Assembly (NCBI GenBank): GCA_963737905.1
Contig: CAVTUQ010000025.1
Location: 128,001-192,000, forward strand
Source of the DNA: an uncultured delta proteobacterium
GTDB taxonomy: Bacteria; Desulfobacterota; Binatia; UBA9968
Direction: 5' to 3'
Length of the DNA stretch: 64,000 nt
Below the pieces are notes generated by a model. The model did no database searches, was not told where the DNA came from, and saw only the letters and a list, made by a program, of their open reading frames with translations. Made by a program: the position numbers and the translations under genes. Of this stretch, positions 39,906-50,301 are shown piece by piece. The first letter of the stretch is position 1. Every line of letters begins with the position of its first letter.

Positions 39906-40589
39906 TTGAAGAACAGACGGAATAGCAGGGCCAGCCTTCAAAGCGCAGTTGCCGCGGCAGCCGTTCAGGAGGAGCGGCGGCGCATCTCCCGGGAGCTGCA
40001 CGACCGTGTACTCCAGCTGCTGACCACCATTCAGTTGCGCTCCGAGATTTGCCTGAACGAACTGATAGGCAAACCCGAGCAGCTTGAGCGGGAGCTTAAA
40101 ACGATCGCGGAAGCCTCCTACAAAGCCGCGACGGAGATTCGGAGCCTTTTGCTGGAGAAACAGGTCGTCCATTTGACTGCCGGCACTCTGGAGCGAAGAC
40201 TCAAAGATGAAATGGAGATCTTCCGTGCACGGACCGGATTGAAGCTCAAGTTCGAATGCACCATTGACGCGCATAGTCTTCCCTATGCAGTGGAGCAAGA
40301 GCTGTACTTTGCGTTACGAGAGGGAATCATCAATGCCATACGCCACTCCCGCGCAACCGAATTGAATTTGTCCCTGACGCAGAACCAGAGCACTTGTTCT
40401 GTCGCCCTGAGGGACAATGGAGTTGGATTCGATAAAAGCTCGGTCGCAGGAGGGGGCGGTTTTGGTCTTAAGGGAATGAGAGAAAGAATCGAGAAGGTCG
40501 ACGGTCATCTTGCCATTGAAACGGCCCCAGGCAAAGGGACTTGTCTCTCCATTGAAGTGCCTCTCCGTGGCCGGACCAACACGAAGTGA
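39906..40589 (+). CDS. NarX/DesK-type (HisKA_3) histidine kinase without a sensor domain
   Basis: EERRRISRELHD, EGIINAIRH, DNGVGF, GFGL.GM.ER, GKGT. An in-frame TAG lies 5 codons upstream of the TTG start. Confidence 0.85.
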   Translation: MKNRRNSRASLQSAVAAAAVQEERRRISRELHDRVLQLLTTIQLRSEICLNELIGKPEQLERELKTIAEASYKAATEIRSLLLEKQVVHLTAGTLERRLKDEMEIFRARTGLKLKFECTIDAHSLPYAVEQELYFALREGIINAIRHSRATELNLSLTQNQSTCSVALRDNGVGFDKSSVAGGGGFGLKGMRERIEKVDGHLAIETAPGKGTCLSIEVPLRGRTNTK

Positions 40590-40616
40590 TTGCACCTACC
40601 AGGACCGCATCTCCGG

Positions 40617-41117
40617 TTACTGAGCGGCCAGTTCATCCAGGCTCTTACCTGTGATTCGAAAGACCGTCCACTCGCTCATCGGCAAAGCGCCTACCTTCGT
40701 GTAAAAGTCGATGGCCGGCTGATTCCAGTCGAGCACCGCCCATTCGAGCCGGCCGCAATCCCGTTCCTTCGCCAGTCGCGCTACATGCAGCAATAACGCG
40801 CGACCGTAGCCGCGCCTGCGGTAGTCTTCATCCACGAAGAGATCCTCGATGTAGAGGCCCGGTTTCCCTAAGAACGTGGAATAGTTGTGGAAGAATAGAA
40901 CAAACCCCACAGGCTTCGTTTCGAAGTATCCAATGGCGACTTCCGCTGTTCGCTGTTCACCGAACAGAGTTCCCCGAAGCAGCTCTTCTGTGGCGACGAC
41001 TTCATGCGACAGCCGCTCGTAGCGGGCAAGCTTTTTGATAAAAGAAAGAATGACTGGAACATCAGATTCGGCCGCCGATTTGATTTGGAATCCTGGAGTA
41101 TCCGTCACAATCATCAT
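40617..41117 (-). CDS. GNAT N-acetyltransferase (diamine/SSAT-like)
   Basis: LARYE, YSTF.G..GLYIEDLFV, RRRGYG, VLDWN.PAI.FY. Confidence 0.9.
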   Translation of the reverse strand: MMIVTDTPGFQIKSAAESDVPVILSFIKKLARYERLSHEVVATEELLRGTLFGEQRTAEVAIGYFETKPVGFVLFFHNYSTFLGKPGLYIEDLFVDEDYRRRGYGRALLLHVARLAKERDCGRLEWAVLDWNQPAIDFYTKVGALPMSEWTVFRITGKSLDELAAQ

Positions 41118-41150
41118 TGGCTTTCCCCTATGTTCGACGTGGGTCGTTGA

Positions 41151-43373
41151 TCAGGTTGATGATTTCTGTTGCTTCAATGCCCGCCACACCCGCTCCGGAG
41201 TGAGCGGGAGATCCCTTATGCGGACACCCGTGGCTCGGGCAAAGGCGTTCGTCACCGACGGGGCTACCGAAAGAAGTCCTCCCTCACCCATACCTCGGAC
41301 GCCGTAGGGACCAGGCCCGTCGTGGTTTTCCACGAGGACCGTGTGAAATTCTTCCGGTATATCGCTGAAGCTGGGCACTCGATAGTCCACAAGATTCGGA
41401 TTAAGTAACTGCCCGTTCTGATCGTACACCATCTGCTCAAAAAACGTGTGGCCAATCCCCATCATCACCGCACCCTCTTCCTGGCCTACGCAACCTTCGG
41501 GGTGAATGGCCCTTCCGACATCGGCCACCGAGACAAGCCGCTTGATCCGTACTTCTCCGGTCTCCTCGTCAACGTCCAACTCCACCATTCCCATACCTAC
41601 TTCCCAAAACACGGGTAACTTGTTGTCCGTGATATCGGGGCCCGTCTCTCCCGTCCCGATGAGCTCGCCTCCCCCCCCCTTACCGAAGCGCCGCTCCAAC
41701 ACCTCCTTGAAATCCAAGCGGGCTTCGCCGCAAACCAGCGCGCCATCCTGTAGCTTCACTTGGCCTTGGGGCGCGCGAAATGCCTCGGCGGCGATTTTGA
41801 TGAGCTGCTTCTTCAGATCCCGTGTCGCGGCCTGCACCGCGTTGCCCATACAAGTCGTCGAACGGCTGGAACCGGTGGAGCTATCATAGGGGGTGACTTT
41901 TGTATCCGTGCCTAGGATGCGAATCTGATCCAAAGGGACCGTAAGCTCTTCAGCCGCGATCTGCGAAAGAACCGTTCGCACGCCTTGACCCATTTCGGTG
42001 CTGCCGGCCAGGATATTCACGACTCCGTCTGATTGCATGCGGGCCATCGCAACTGAGACCGGCGTTGCACCCGCATTCGTCACAGCGCAGGCGAGGCCCA
42101 CGGGAGCGCGTTTTTTCTTCGCCGACCTTTTCCACTGGCTCGCGTTGATGAGCTTTTTTATTCCTGAAGCCAAATTGGCATCGATGCCTTTCAATCCCGG
42201 ACGCAGCTCTTGACCCGTTTTTAATAAATTCTTGAGTCGGAGCTCCGCCGGGTCCATTCCCAAACCAGCCGCCGCGATGTCGATCTGAGATTCGCCGGCG
42301 AAGATCACCTGAGGTGCCCCGATAGCGCGAAAAGATCCTGCGGAGCCGGAATTGGTGTAAACGGAGTAGGCGTTGGTCAGGATATTGGGAATCCGATAAG
42401 GGCCCAAAATGCGCGTCGCCGCGCGAATCGTCACCTGTGGCCCATTGTCGTCGTAGGCACCCGTATCCAGATAAATCTCGGCCTCCCGTGCCATGAGGGT
42501 ACCGTCTTGTTTGAAACCAGTTTTAACCCTGACCCTGGCCGAGTGGCGCCGCACCGTCAGCATCGAATCAGAAACGGAATTGCACACGCGTACCGGCGCG
42601 CGAGCCTTGCGCGCGAGCGCCACCACCAGCGGTTCAAATTTCGTGTAGGACTTGCTGCCGTAGCCGCCTCCTAAATAGGAAATCACCATCCGAACTCGAG
42701 ATGGCGCAATGTGAAATAGTTTGGCAATGTCGTTACGTACCTGGAACGGATGTTGCGCCGAAGACCAGACCGTCACACCCTCATCGTTCCAATGGGCGAT
42801 CACAGAGTGAGGCTCCATGGCGTAGTGATAGACCATGGGGAACGTAAATTGATCCTCGACGACCAGATCGGACTGAGCGAACCCTTCCTGTATGTTGCCT
42901 CGTTCGACCCGTTCATGGCTACAGATGTTGTCACTGTGATCTTCATGTATCAGCGGTGCGCCGCTGGCGCGGGCGAGGTCGATCCCGATGACCGGGGGCA
43001 GCTCTTCGTATTTCACGTCGATGAGCGATATCGCCTCGTCAGCCGTTGCCAAATCGGCTGCCGCCACCGCCGCCACTGGCTCGCCGACGTAACGCACTTT
43101 ATTCACACCAATGACCGGCCGACCATTGTAAGCGGGAACAACGTCACCAAGATCGACGGCCGTGAGCACCGCTGCGACCCCGGGTAAAGCCTCTGCCTTC
43201 GAGGTGTCAATGGAAAGAATCCGCGCATGGGGATAGACGCTCCGCAGAATCTTGCCATGAAGCATACCCGGAACGATCAAGTCCCCGAGGAACTTCGCTT
43301 GGCCCGTAACCTTTTCAATTCCGTCGACCCGCGGGACGCTGTGACCTACGTACTTCAATCGTCGCGTTGACAT
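41151..43373 (-). CDS. Xanthine dehydrogenase family molybdopterin-binding large subunit (stand-alone)
   Basis: RVDG..KVTG, RS..PHA, MEPH, GGGYGSK, GSFRAIG, EMGQG, DVG.AI.P, GPYG.RGMGE. Confidence 0.92.
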   Translation of the reverse strand: MSTRRLKYVGHSVPRVDGIEKVTGQAKFLGDLIVPGMLHGKILRSVYPHARILSIDTSKAEALPGVAAVLTAVDLGDVVPAYNGRPVIGVNKVRYVGEPVAAVAAADLATADEAISLIDVKYEELPPVIGIDLARASGAPLIHEDHSDNICSHERVERGNIQEGFAQSDLVVEDQFTFPMVYHYAMEPHSVIAHWNDEGVTVWSSAQHPFQVRNDIAKLFHIAPSRVRMVISYLGGGYGSKSYTKFEPLVVALARKARAPVRVCNSVSDSMLTVRRHSARVRVKTGFKQDGTLMAREAEIYLDTGAYDDNGPQVTIRAATRILGPYRIPNILTNAYSVYTNSGSAGSFRAIGAPQVIFAGESQIDIAAAGLGMDPAELRLKNLLKTGQELRPGLKGIDANLASGIKKLINASQWKRSAKKKRAPVGLACAVTNAGATPVSVAMARMQSDGVVNILAGSTEMGQGVRTVLSQIAAEELTVPLDQIRILGTDTKVTPYDSSTGSSRSTTCMGNAVQAATRDLKKQLIKIAAEAFRAPQGQVKLQDGALVCGEARLDFKEVLERRFGKGGGGELIGTGETGPDITDNKLPVFWEVGMGMVELDVDEETGEVRIKRLVSVADVGRAIHPEGCVGQEEGAVMMGIGHTFFEQMVYDQNGQLLNPNLVDYRVPSFSDIPEEFHTVLVENHDGPGPYGVRGMGEGGLLSVAPSVTNAFARATGVRIRDLPLTPERVWRALKQQKSST

Positions 43374-43487
43374 CAACACTCCAAATTTAAGCCATCACCC
43401 ATCGAAACTAACAAAGCGCTATTGCCAGTGCAACAAAACCTACCTCCCGGTAGGATTTTTCTCGCGTTTGATCTATATTTTCCGATC

Positions 43488-44183
43488 ATGCGCTTCCCGT
43501 CCCGTTTGATCCGCGGAACCTTGATCCAACGCTACCAACGTTTTCTAGCTGACGTTCGCCTGGCCAGCGGCGAGATTGTCACGGCTCATTGCACCAATAC
43601 AGGTAGTATGACGGGCTGCAAGGAGCCCGGCAGCGTGGTGTATATCTCACGGAGCGACAAAGAAAGCCGGCGGCTCCTTTACACCTGGGAAATCATCGGA
43701 GTCGGCCGAACTTGGGTGGGCATCAACACGATGCATCCGAATCGGCTTGTGGCAGAAGCCGTCGCAAGCGGCGAGATTCGGGAGCTAAAAGGCTACGACG
43801 CTATCCGCCGTGAAGTCGTCACCCGTCAAGGGACACGGCTGGATCTTTGCCTGGAAGGAAGTAACGGTCTCTGTTTCGTGGAAGTAAAGAACGTCACCCT
43901 TACGGTCGACGGGGCGGCAGCGTTTCCCGATGCGGTCAGCGAGCGCGGGAAAAAACACCTGAAGGAACTTATGTGGCTTCGGCGCAAAGGCCATCGTGCT
44001 GCGGTAGTGTTTGTAATCCAGCGCAATGATTGCAGCGTGTTCAGGCCCGCCGACGAAATTGACGAGGAGTATGGCCGCTGGTTACGCAGAGCGGTCAAGG
44101 CCGGAGTGGAGGTATTGCCGTACCGCGCGCACGTGACACCCAAAGAAATTGTTCTTACCGAACGTCTTCCAGTTAGACTCTAA
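43488..44183 (+). CDS. sfsA: SfsA DNA/RNA nuclease
   Basis: RY.RFLADV, AHCTNTGSM, FVEVKNVTL, FPDAVSERG.KHL.EL. Confidence 0.95.
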   Translation: MRFPSRLIRGTLIQRYQRFLADVRLASGEIVTAHCTNTGSMTGCKEPGSVVYISRSDKESRRLLYTWEIIGVGRTWVGINTMHPNRLVAEAVASGEIRELKGYDAIRREVVTRQGTRLDLCLEGSNGLCFVEVKNVTLTVDGAAAFPDAVSERGKKHLKELMWLRRKGHRAAVVFVIQRNDCSVFRPADEIDEEYGRWLRRAVKAGVEVLPYRAHVTPKEIVLTERLPVRL

Positions 44184-44227
44184 CCGCCACGTGTGGAAAT
44201 AGGTATCTCAAGCCAGCATCGTTCGCC

Positions 44228-45025
44228 TTACTCGCCTCCGTTCACGTCAATAATGGCTCCATTAACAAAGCTGGCGGCGTCCGACGCCAGAAATAGAGCC
44301 ACGCTGGCTACTTCATCAGCATTGCCGGCCCGTCCGAGTGCAATCTTTTTTACCGCTTCGGCTGCCAGTTCCTGTCGATTAGTACCCTGCGGTCGAGGCG
44401 TGTCGATAATGCCTGGAGCAATGCAGTTGACGCGTACTTCCGGCCCCCATTGGTGAGCCATGTGAACGGTCAAGTTCATTACAGCAGCCTTGGCACAACC
44501 ATAGGCAGCCATGTCCGCTCTTTCCTTTTTGGTTCCGCGCCCGGAGATCGATCCAATATTGATGACGCTCCCTTTTCCGGAAGCTTTCATAGCGGGCACA
44601 ACGGCCTTGGCACAAAGAAAAGCGCTCTTGGTGTTGACTTCATAAGCCATCACAAAATCTTCAGGAGACAGTTCGAGCAAAGGAGCGCGTTTGAATGAGG
44701 GCATGTACGGGTTTCGGCTATAAGAGCCTCCGGCTACATTAACTAGAACATCTACACGGCCAAACTTTGAAAGAGTTTGGTCAACCATGGACCTTACCTG
44801 CCCGGCATTTGAAACGTCGATCGACAACCCGAAGCCTTCGACCCCCATCGCTTCCGCTTCCTGCACCACGGGAGGCACCGAGTCGGGGGGAAGAGATGCG
44901 ATGACAATGTTGGCGCCGGCTTTTGCAAACGCGCGGGCGCAAGCCCTTCCTATGCCACCACTGCCACCGGTAATAATGGCCGTCCGACCTTCCAGGGAAA
45001 ATCGCGATAGATCGATCTTATGCAC
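44228..45025 (-). CDS. Short-chain dehydrogenase/reductase
   Basis: TGGSGGIG, YGCAK, VRVNCIAPG, VNGG. Confidence 0.92.
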   Translation of the reverse strand: MHKIDLSRFSLEGRTAIITGGSGGIGRACARAFAKAGANIVIASLPPDSVPPVVQEAEAMGVEGFGLSIDVSNAGQVRSMVDQTLSKFGRVDVLVNVAGGSYSRNPYMPSFKRAPLLELSPEDFVMAYEVNTKSAFLCAKAVVPAMKASGKGSVINIGSISGRGTKKERADMAAYGCAKAAVMNLTVHMAHQWGPEVRVNCIAPGIIDTPRPQGTNRQELAAEAVKKIALGRAGNADEVASVALFLASDAASFVNGAIIDVNGGE

Positions 45026-45130
45026 GGCAGTCTCCTTCTAGCGCAGTTCCTGCTTTAAACAGTGTCACACTGAATCTTGTGAGGTCTGTCTTGCAAGCTT
45101 TTATACTAGGACCTATCAAGTAAAGGTAGG

Positions 45131-45306
45131 CGTTATGTTATCAACAAAGCCGGCAACGATTGGGTGGTTACGGCCACGGACTTCTCGCACGGCGATGCTT
45201 TCCCCCAGGACCAGCTCGCCAATGGCCTGAAAGCTCGCGGCGATTTGAGCGACCAAACGATAGAAAAATTCTTTGTGCCAATCCGCAACGGTTTTATCAC
45301 TTCTAG
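45131..45306 (+). pseudogene. 3' remnant of an amidohydrolase_2 gene
   Basis: Manual translation gives YVINKAGNDWVVTATDFSHGDAFPQ...DLSDQTIEK, then after a 1-nt shift in an A run ILCANPQRFYHF*. No start codon or N-terminal part. Confidence 0.6.
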
Positions 45307-45323
45307 CAGACAATTTGCCGCCC

Positions 45324-47386
45324 CTACTCGCCCCATAGCTCTTGGATTAAGAAGGTATAGCCTAACGCAGACATGGTGGCGGCCTGCTGGTTGTCGGCTG
45401 CGCCGCTGTGCCCGCCTTCGATGTTCTCGAAATAAAGAACATCGTGGCCCTGCTCCTTCATTTTCGCGAACATCTTTCTGGCATGTCCAGGGTGGACCCG
45501 GTCGTCTCGGGTCGAGGTCATAAAAAGAACGCGGGGATATTTCCGATCCTTCCCAACCTTTTGATATGGGGAATACTGGCTGATGTAAGACCAATCTTCC
45601 GCCTTTTCCGGATCGCCGTATTCATCCACCCAACTCGCTCCCGCCAACAGTTTGTGAAAACGTTTCATGTCAAGGAGCGGCATCTGGCAAACCACCGCTT
45701 TGAAAAGGTCGGGACGTTGCGTGAGCATGACTCCCATCAGCAACCCGCCGTTCGAGCCGCCTTGAATAGCCAAATGCCGTGGCGAGGTCACTTTGCGGGC
45801 GATCAAATCCTCGGCCACCGCGATGAAGTCGTCGTACGCGCGTTGGCGATTCTCTTTCCGAGCCGCGTAGTGCCAGTTCGGTCCAAACTCATGACCACCG
45901 CGTATATTGGCCACAACGTAAATGCCGCCGGGCTCCAACCAAGCGGCGCCGACTGACGGAGTATAATTCGGAAGCAACGAAACTCCAAAGCCCCCATAGC
46001 CGTACAGCAACGCAGGATTTTTTCCATCTAGACGCAGGCTCTTTCGGCTGACTTCAAAATAAGGGATTTTGGTTCCGTCTTTCGATACCGCCTCGTGCTG
46101 GCTTACCTGCAAACTATCCACAGCAAAAAAAGCTGGAAGGCTTTTTAGCTTTTCCTGCCGTGGCCGGCCGATCATGCCAAAATAAAGACTCGACGGCGTG
46201 AGGAAATCTGTCACGGTCAGAAAGTAGTCATCGGATTCGTCGGGATCGATACCGTGCATGCCGATTGAGCCGAAACCCGGGGCTTGCAGCGATTCCCGTA
46301 TCCATTGCCCGGCATCGTGCTTCATCACAAACAATTTGTTCCGGACGTTTTCCAGTTCATTTAAAATCAAATAACTCTTTGTTGCGCCCAGGCTCGCCAG
46401 AAACTTGCGCTCGGTGGGTTCAAACAGCACGGCAAAACAGCGGTCGCCTTTCAGATAGGCCTCGAAATCGGCAGCGAGCAGAGCACCCGCCGGGTACATC
46501 CTTTCGCCGATCGACCAATCAGAGCGTAGACGTAGAAGTATCTGGTCACCGAAGGTGTCGAGCTGTGCGTCATCCGGCTTATCGATCTTTGCCCATTCAT
46601 CGCCGAGGCGGATATACACTTTATTCGTAAAAAACGTTATCCGGCGCCAAACGAATTCATAGATGCGGCCGTGGTCGTGCGCCACCACTGCGCTCACGCT
46701 GACGTCTTCAGGTTGTCCTTCCAAAATGGTTATCGCGTCTTTTAATTCAGACTGAGCGCTTCCATTCCTTGACGATGCGCGGATATCCGGAGCGAGTGAG
46801 TGACCCCGGACCGAAGTCGGTTCCCACGTAAAGCGCGTCACGGTTTCGCCAGCGTCGCGCCGGTCTTGGCTTCCGGTAAAAGGAATCCGTCGGAGATAAA
46901 TTCTTTTGTGTTCAGGTCAAATTCCCGCACGACAGCCGCGTCCGCTCCGCCGCGGGAAAGAAAAATAAGCGCACGATCGTAAGTCGGTCGCAGTACATCA
47001 GAGCCCTTCCAAACCCAGTTCTCGTCTTCGGCCTTCCCCAGCTGGTCGAGGTCAAGCACGGTCTCCCATGCCGGATCGGCCTTCCTGTACTCCTCGAGTG
47101 TCGTTCGCCGCCACAATCCCCGCACATGGGCGGCGTCCCGCCAGAAATTGTAGTAGCGAGCGCCGTGTTTGTCGACATGGGGAATACGCTCTTTCGAATC
47201 AAAGATCGCCACCAGACGTCGGCGCAGGGTTTCGAAATCACTCGACACTCCCAGCTGCCGCACAGTTGCGGCGTTTTGTTCCCTGACCCAAGCCAACGAT
47301 CGCTCACTGGTAATATCCTCCAACCACAGGTATGGATCATCGCCAGTCTTTAGATCGATGGCTGAAGTCTGCGGCGTCGGCTTCAT
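45324..47386 (-). pseudogene. Prolyl oligopeptidase (S9A) interrupted by two frameshifts
   Basis: N-part DDPYLWLE...RGLWRR. A third frame carries WRNRDALYVGTDFGPGSLTRSGYPRIVKEWKR (about 46756-46851). C-part has YGYGGF, GGSNGG, DDRV and GGH. Confidence 0.8.
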
Positions 47387-47431
47387 GAGTGCATGTTCTC
47401 TTGATCTCGATAGGGCGATTGCCCCCCTGGG

Positions 47432-47458
47432 ATCGTTCAAACGGTTCAAACTGTTTAA
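47432..47458 (-). repeat. Three 9-bp TTRAAC-core tandem units
   Basis: Minus strand ttaaacagt ttgaaccgt ttgaacgat. Confidence 0.55.
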
Positions 47459-47510
47459 GTCGGCTTCCTGCTTCGCATCGCCCTTACAACTCATCTTACC
47501 GCGTGAAAAA

Positions 47511-47543
47511 GAAAAGGGTAGCTGCTGAGCAGCTACCCTTTTC
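47511..47543 (-). terminator. Perfect-palindrome terminator after the UbiD gene
   Basis: GAAAAGGGTAGCTGCT-G-AGCAGCTACCCTTTTC, followed by a further U-rich tail on the minus strand. Confidence 0.88.
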
Positions 47544-47565
47544 AACTAGCAAACTACGAAGCGCC

Positions 47566-49053
47566 TTAGCCTTCGATCACTTTCTTCCACTTCGCGCGAA
47601 TCTTCTCCTTCAGTTCCGGAGTGGATTCCGCGACCGGCGGGAAATCCTTCATCCATTCAAACGGACGGCAGGCATCGATGACAGCGCGGGAGTTGAAGCC
47701 CTTCTTGCCCGGTTGAATTCGCGGATCCAGCGGGCCGCTCCAGCAGCGGCGCAAGATCTCGATGGACTCAACGGGATCCGAGCGGCTGGCCAACGCCCAA
47801 ATAACGTCGAACGTATTGGTCGGATCAATATCCTCGTCAACGACGATGACATAGCGGCCCAAATAGGCACCCGCGTGGACCTGTGAAGCAGCGAGCATCG
47901 CCTGTCGCGCATGGCCTGGATATCGCTGTTTGATGGAGATGATGTTGAACAAGCGGCCCCCGCCCGCCTCGTGGCACCATACGCCCTTAACATCGGGCAC
48001 GCCGCATTTCTCAACCTGCTCCCAGATGAGCGCCGATTTCACCATGCATTTGGCAATGGAATAATCCGATGGCGGGCGGCCGGGTCGAGCACACGTGAGG
48101 ATTGGATCGTTGCGATAATAGATGTTTTGCACACGAACCACAGGCTCCGGCCGGCTGGAGCTCGCGTAGTATCCCGTCCATTCACCAAACGGACCCTCGG
48201 TCTTGCGATCACTAGGGTCCATGAATCCTTCGATGACGATTTCGGCATGGGCCGGGAAGGGTAGCCCGGTGGCTTTGCCTTCGATCACCTCGATAGGCGA
48301 TCCCTTCAACCCACCGGCGTAGTCGAATTCCGAAACGCCGTAGTCAATCTCGTTACCTGAGACCATAAAAAGGACCGGGTCTTGACCGACCGAGATGATA
48401 ACCGGGCACGGTTTACCCTTCTCGAAGTATTTCGACCGCTGGATGGTGCCATGTTTACCGGGGGATATGTAGCAGCTCATGCTCTTTTCGTCTTGCACCA
48501 TCCCGCGGTAGGCGCCGAAGTTGACCCAGCCCTCTTCCGGATCGCGGGTAATAACAAGACAAGCCGTGCCGATAAAGCGTCCGCCATCCAGTTCGTGAAT
48601 TAGTGGAACCGGGAATTTGAGAAGGTTGACGTCGTCACCCGACATCACGTTCTCCAGGATCGGGCCCTTCGTGACGGTCTTGGCCGGAATTGGCTGGTGA
48701 GTTACCAGCTTCTGGCGCAGCGCCCGAACTAAATCCAAGTTGGCAAGATCCATCGGCAAACCCAGATTCAAAGCCATCCGCTTAAACGAAGCGTTCTGAG
48801 CGAAAAGAGTCCGGTAACCTTTGGGATAACCCTTGATGTTATCGAACAAAACCGCTGCAACCGGCCCTTTGCTTTCGCGGGCAATCAGCTCCGACAACGT
48901 CCCCATCTCCAGATTCCAATCGACACCATCAACCTTTTTGAGCTCACCAAAGCTATCGACTATTTCCAGCCACTCGCGCAGGTCTGTGTAGCTCGGAGTT
49001 TTTCCGGCTCTTATATCTTCTTCGGCGAGCTTTCGCGCTTCCAATGCAGTCAT
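47566..49053 (-). CDS. UbiD family prFMN-dependent decarboxylase
   Basis: DLREWL, LFDNIKG, DGGRF, N.G.YR, AEIVIEG, EGPFGEWTGYY, VDEDID, IDAC.P. Confidence 0.93.
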   Translation of the reverse strand: MTALEARKLAEEDIRAGKTPSYTDLREWLEIVDSFGELKKVDGVDWNLEMGTLSELIARESKGPVAAVLFDNIKGYPKGYRTLFAQNASFKRMALNLGLPMDLANLDLVRALRQKLVTHQPIPAKTVTKGPILENVMSGDDVNLLKFPVPLIHELDGGRFIGTACLVITRDPEEGWVNFGAYRGMVQDEKSMSCYISPGKHGTIQRSKYFEKGKPCPVIISVGQDPVLFMVSGNEIDYGVSEFDYAGGLKGSPIEVIEGKATGLPFPAHAEIVIEGFMDPSDRKTEGPFGEWTGYYASSSRPEPVVRVQNIYYRNDPILTCARPGRPPSDYSIAKCMVKSALIWEQVEKCGVPDVKGVWCHEAGGGRLFNIISIKQRYPGHARQAMLAASQVHAGAYLGRYVIVVDEDIDPTNTFDVIWALASRSDPVESIEILRRCWSGPLDPRIQPGKKGFNSRAVIDACRPFEWMKDFPPVAESTPELKEKIRAKWKKVIEG

Positions 49054-49091
49054 AGATTTGAATCTCCTTTCACGAAAACCGATCGTGTATT

Positions 49092-50240
49092 TTAGTCGCC
49101 CAATATACTTTCATCAATACCTTCCGTATCATCCGCAGGTAGACCATTGCAACTCTTGGGATCCAAGTGGAGATAGACCTTCTCTCCCGGGCTGATGCTG
49201 TGAAAGGGATGGGTATGGACAGCCAAAACGTCATCCCCTACAGCGATCTTGCAATGATAAGCGTCGCCCATGAAAATCGCCTCTTTGACCGTTCCTTCGA
49301 CCACGTTTTCTAGCGAGTGCGGCTTTTCTTTATGCACCGGGATATTTTCCGGCCGGATCGAAATGACCGCAGCTTGGTCCTTTTTCAGGCCCGGTGCCGG
49401 GATGAAGCTTAGGACGCCTTTTTTTGTCTCCATTTTGCCGGGCATGGAATCCCCGTCCACCTCCAGCACTTTGCCTGCGATCAAGTTCGTAAGCCCCAAA
49501 AAGGTCGCCGTAAACCTTCGCTTCGGACGACTGTAAAGCTGATGCGGCGAGCCTATTTCAATGAGTTTCCCGCCGTGCATGACGGCGATCTGGTCCGAAA
49601 TGGCCAAGGCTTCTGCCTGATCGTGGGTCACGAAGATCGTCGTAATGCTGGTTCTTCGTTGCAATGCCTTAATTTCAGACCTCATCTGGACACGCAACTT
49701 CGCATCGAGGTTACTCAACGGTTCATCCAACAACATGACCTTGGGCTCGTTTACCAGGGCTCGGGCAAAGGCGACCCGCTGCTGCTGACCACCGGAGAGC
49801 TTCGGAGCAGGCCGATCTTCCAGCCCGTCGAGACCGACAATCTTTAGCACATCAATCACCCTCTTTTTGATCTCGGCCTTTGGCCGGCGTTGAATCGTCA
49901 AGGGATAAGCAACGTTCTCGGCCACGGTCATATGCGGCCAGATCGCATAGGATTGGAAAACCATGCCAATGGGTCTCTTGTTCGTGGGAACGTAAACCCG
50001 CTCACCAGAGGCGAAAACGGTTTGACTTCCTATGTTTATCTTACCCCCGTCCGGTCGTTCCAAACCCGCAACACAACGAAGAGTTGTGGTCTTGCCGCAT
50101 CCGCTCGGACCCAAGAACGTATAGAGAGAACCCTCGGGAATGTTAAGCGAAACACCCTTGAGGACATGCACTCGCTCCTTGTCTTCGCCAAAGTATTTTT
50201 CCAAGGAATCGATCTGCACCATATCTCTTTTCTCTGCCAT
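49092..50240 (-). CDS. ABC transporter ATPase (Fe3+/polyamine family, TOBE domain)
   Basis: GPSGCGKT, VFQSYAIWPHMTV, LSGGQQQR, DEPLSNLDAKLR, VTHDQ.EA. Confidence 0.93.
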   Translation of the reverse strand: MAEKRDMVQIDSLEKYFGEDKERVHVLKGVSLNIPEGSLYTFLGPSGCGKTTTLRCVAGLERPDGGKINIGSQTVFASGERVYVPTNKRPIGMVFQSYAIWPHMTVAENVAYPLTIQRRPKAEIKKRVIDVLKIVGLDGLEDRPAPKLSGGQQQRVAFARALVNEPKVMLLDEPLSNLDAKLRVQMRSEIKALQRRTSITTIFVTHDQAEALAISDQIAVMHGGKLIEIGSPHQLYSRPKRRFTATFLGLTNLIAGKVLEVDGDSMPGKMETKKGVLSFIPAPGLKKDQAAVISIRPENIPVHKEKPHSLENVVEGTVKEAIFMGDAYHCKIAVGDDVLAVHTHPFHSISPGEKVYLHLDPKSCNGLPADDTEGIDESILGD

Positions 50241-50301
50241 TGCGCCTCCCGAATTCGTCAACTGTCATGAGCCGCCAAACCATCACGTTTTGAATGATTC
50301 T

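Noticed and set aside
46750-46860. Programmed frameshift or selenocysteine readthrough in the prolyl oligopeptidase
   Set aside because: Two separate frame changes are needed, there is no slippery heptamer, and the TGA codons do not fall at Cys-equivalent positions.
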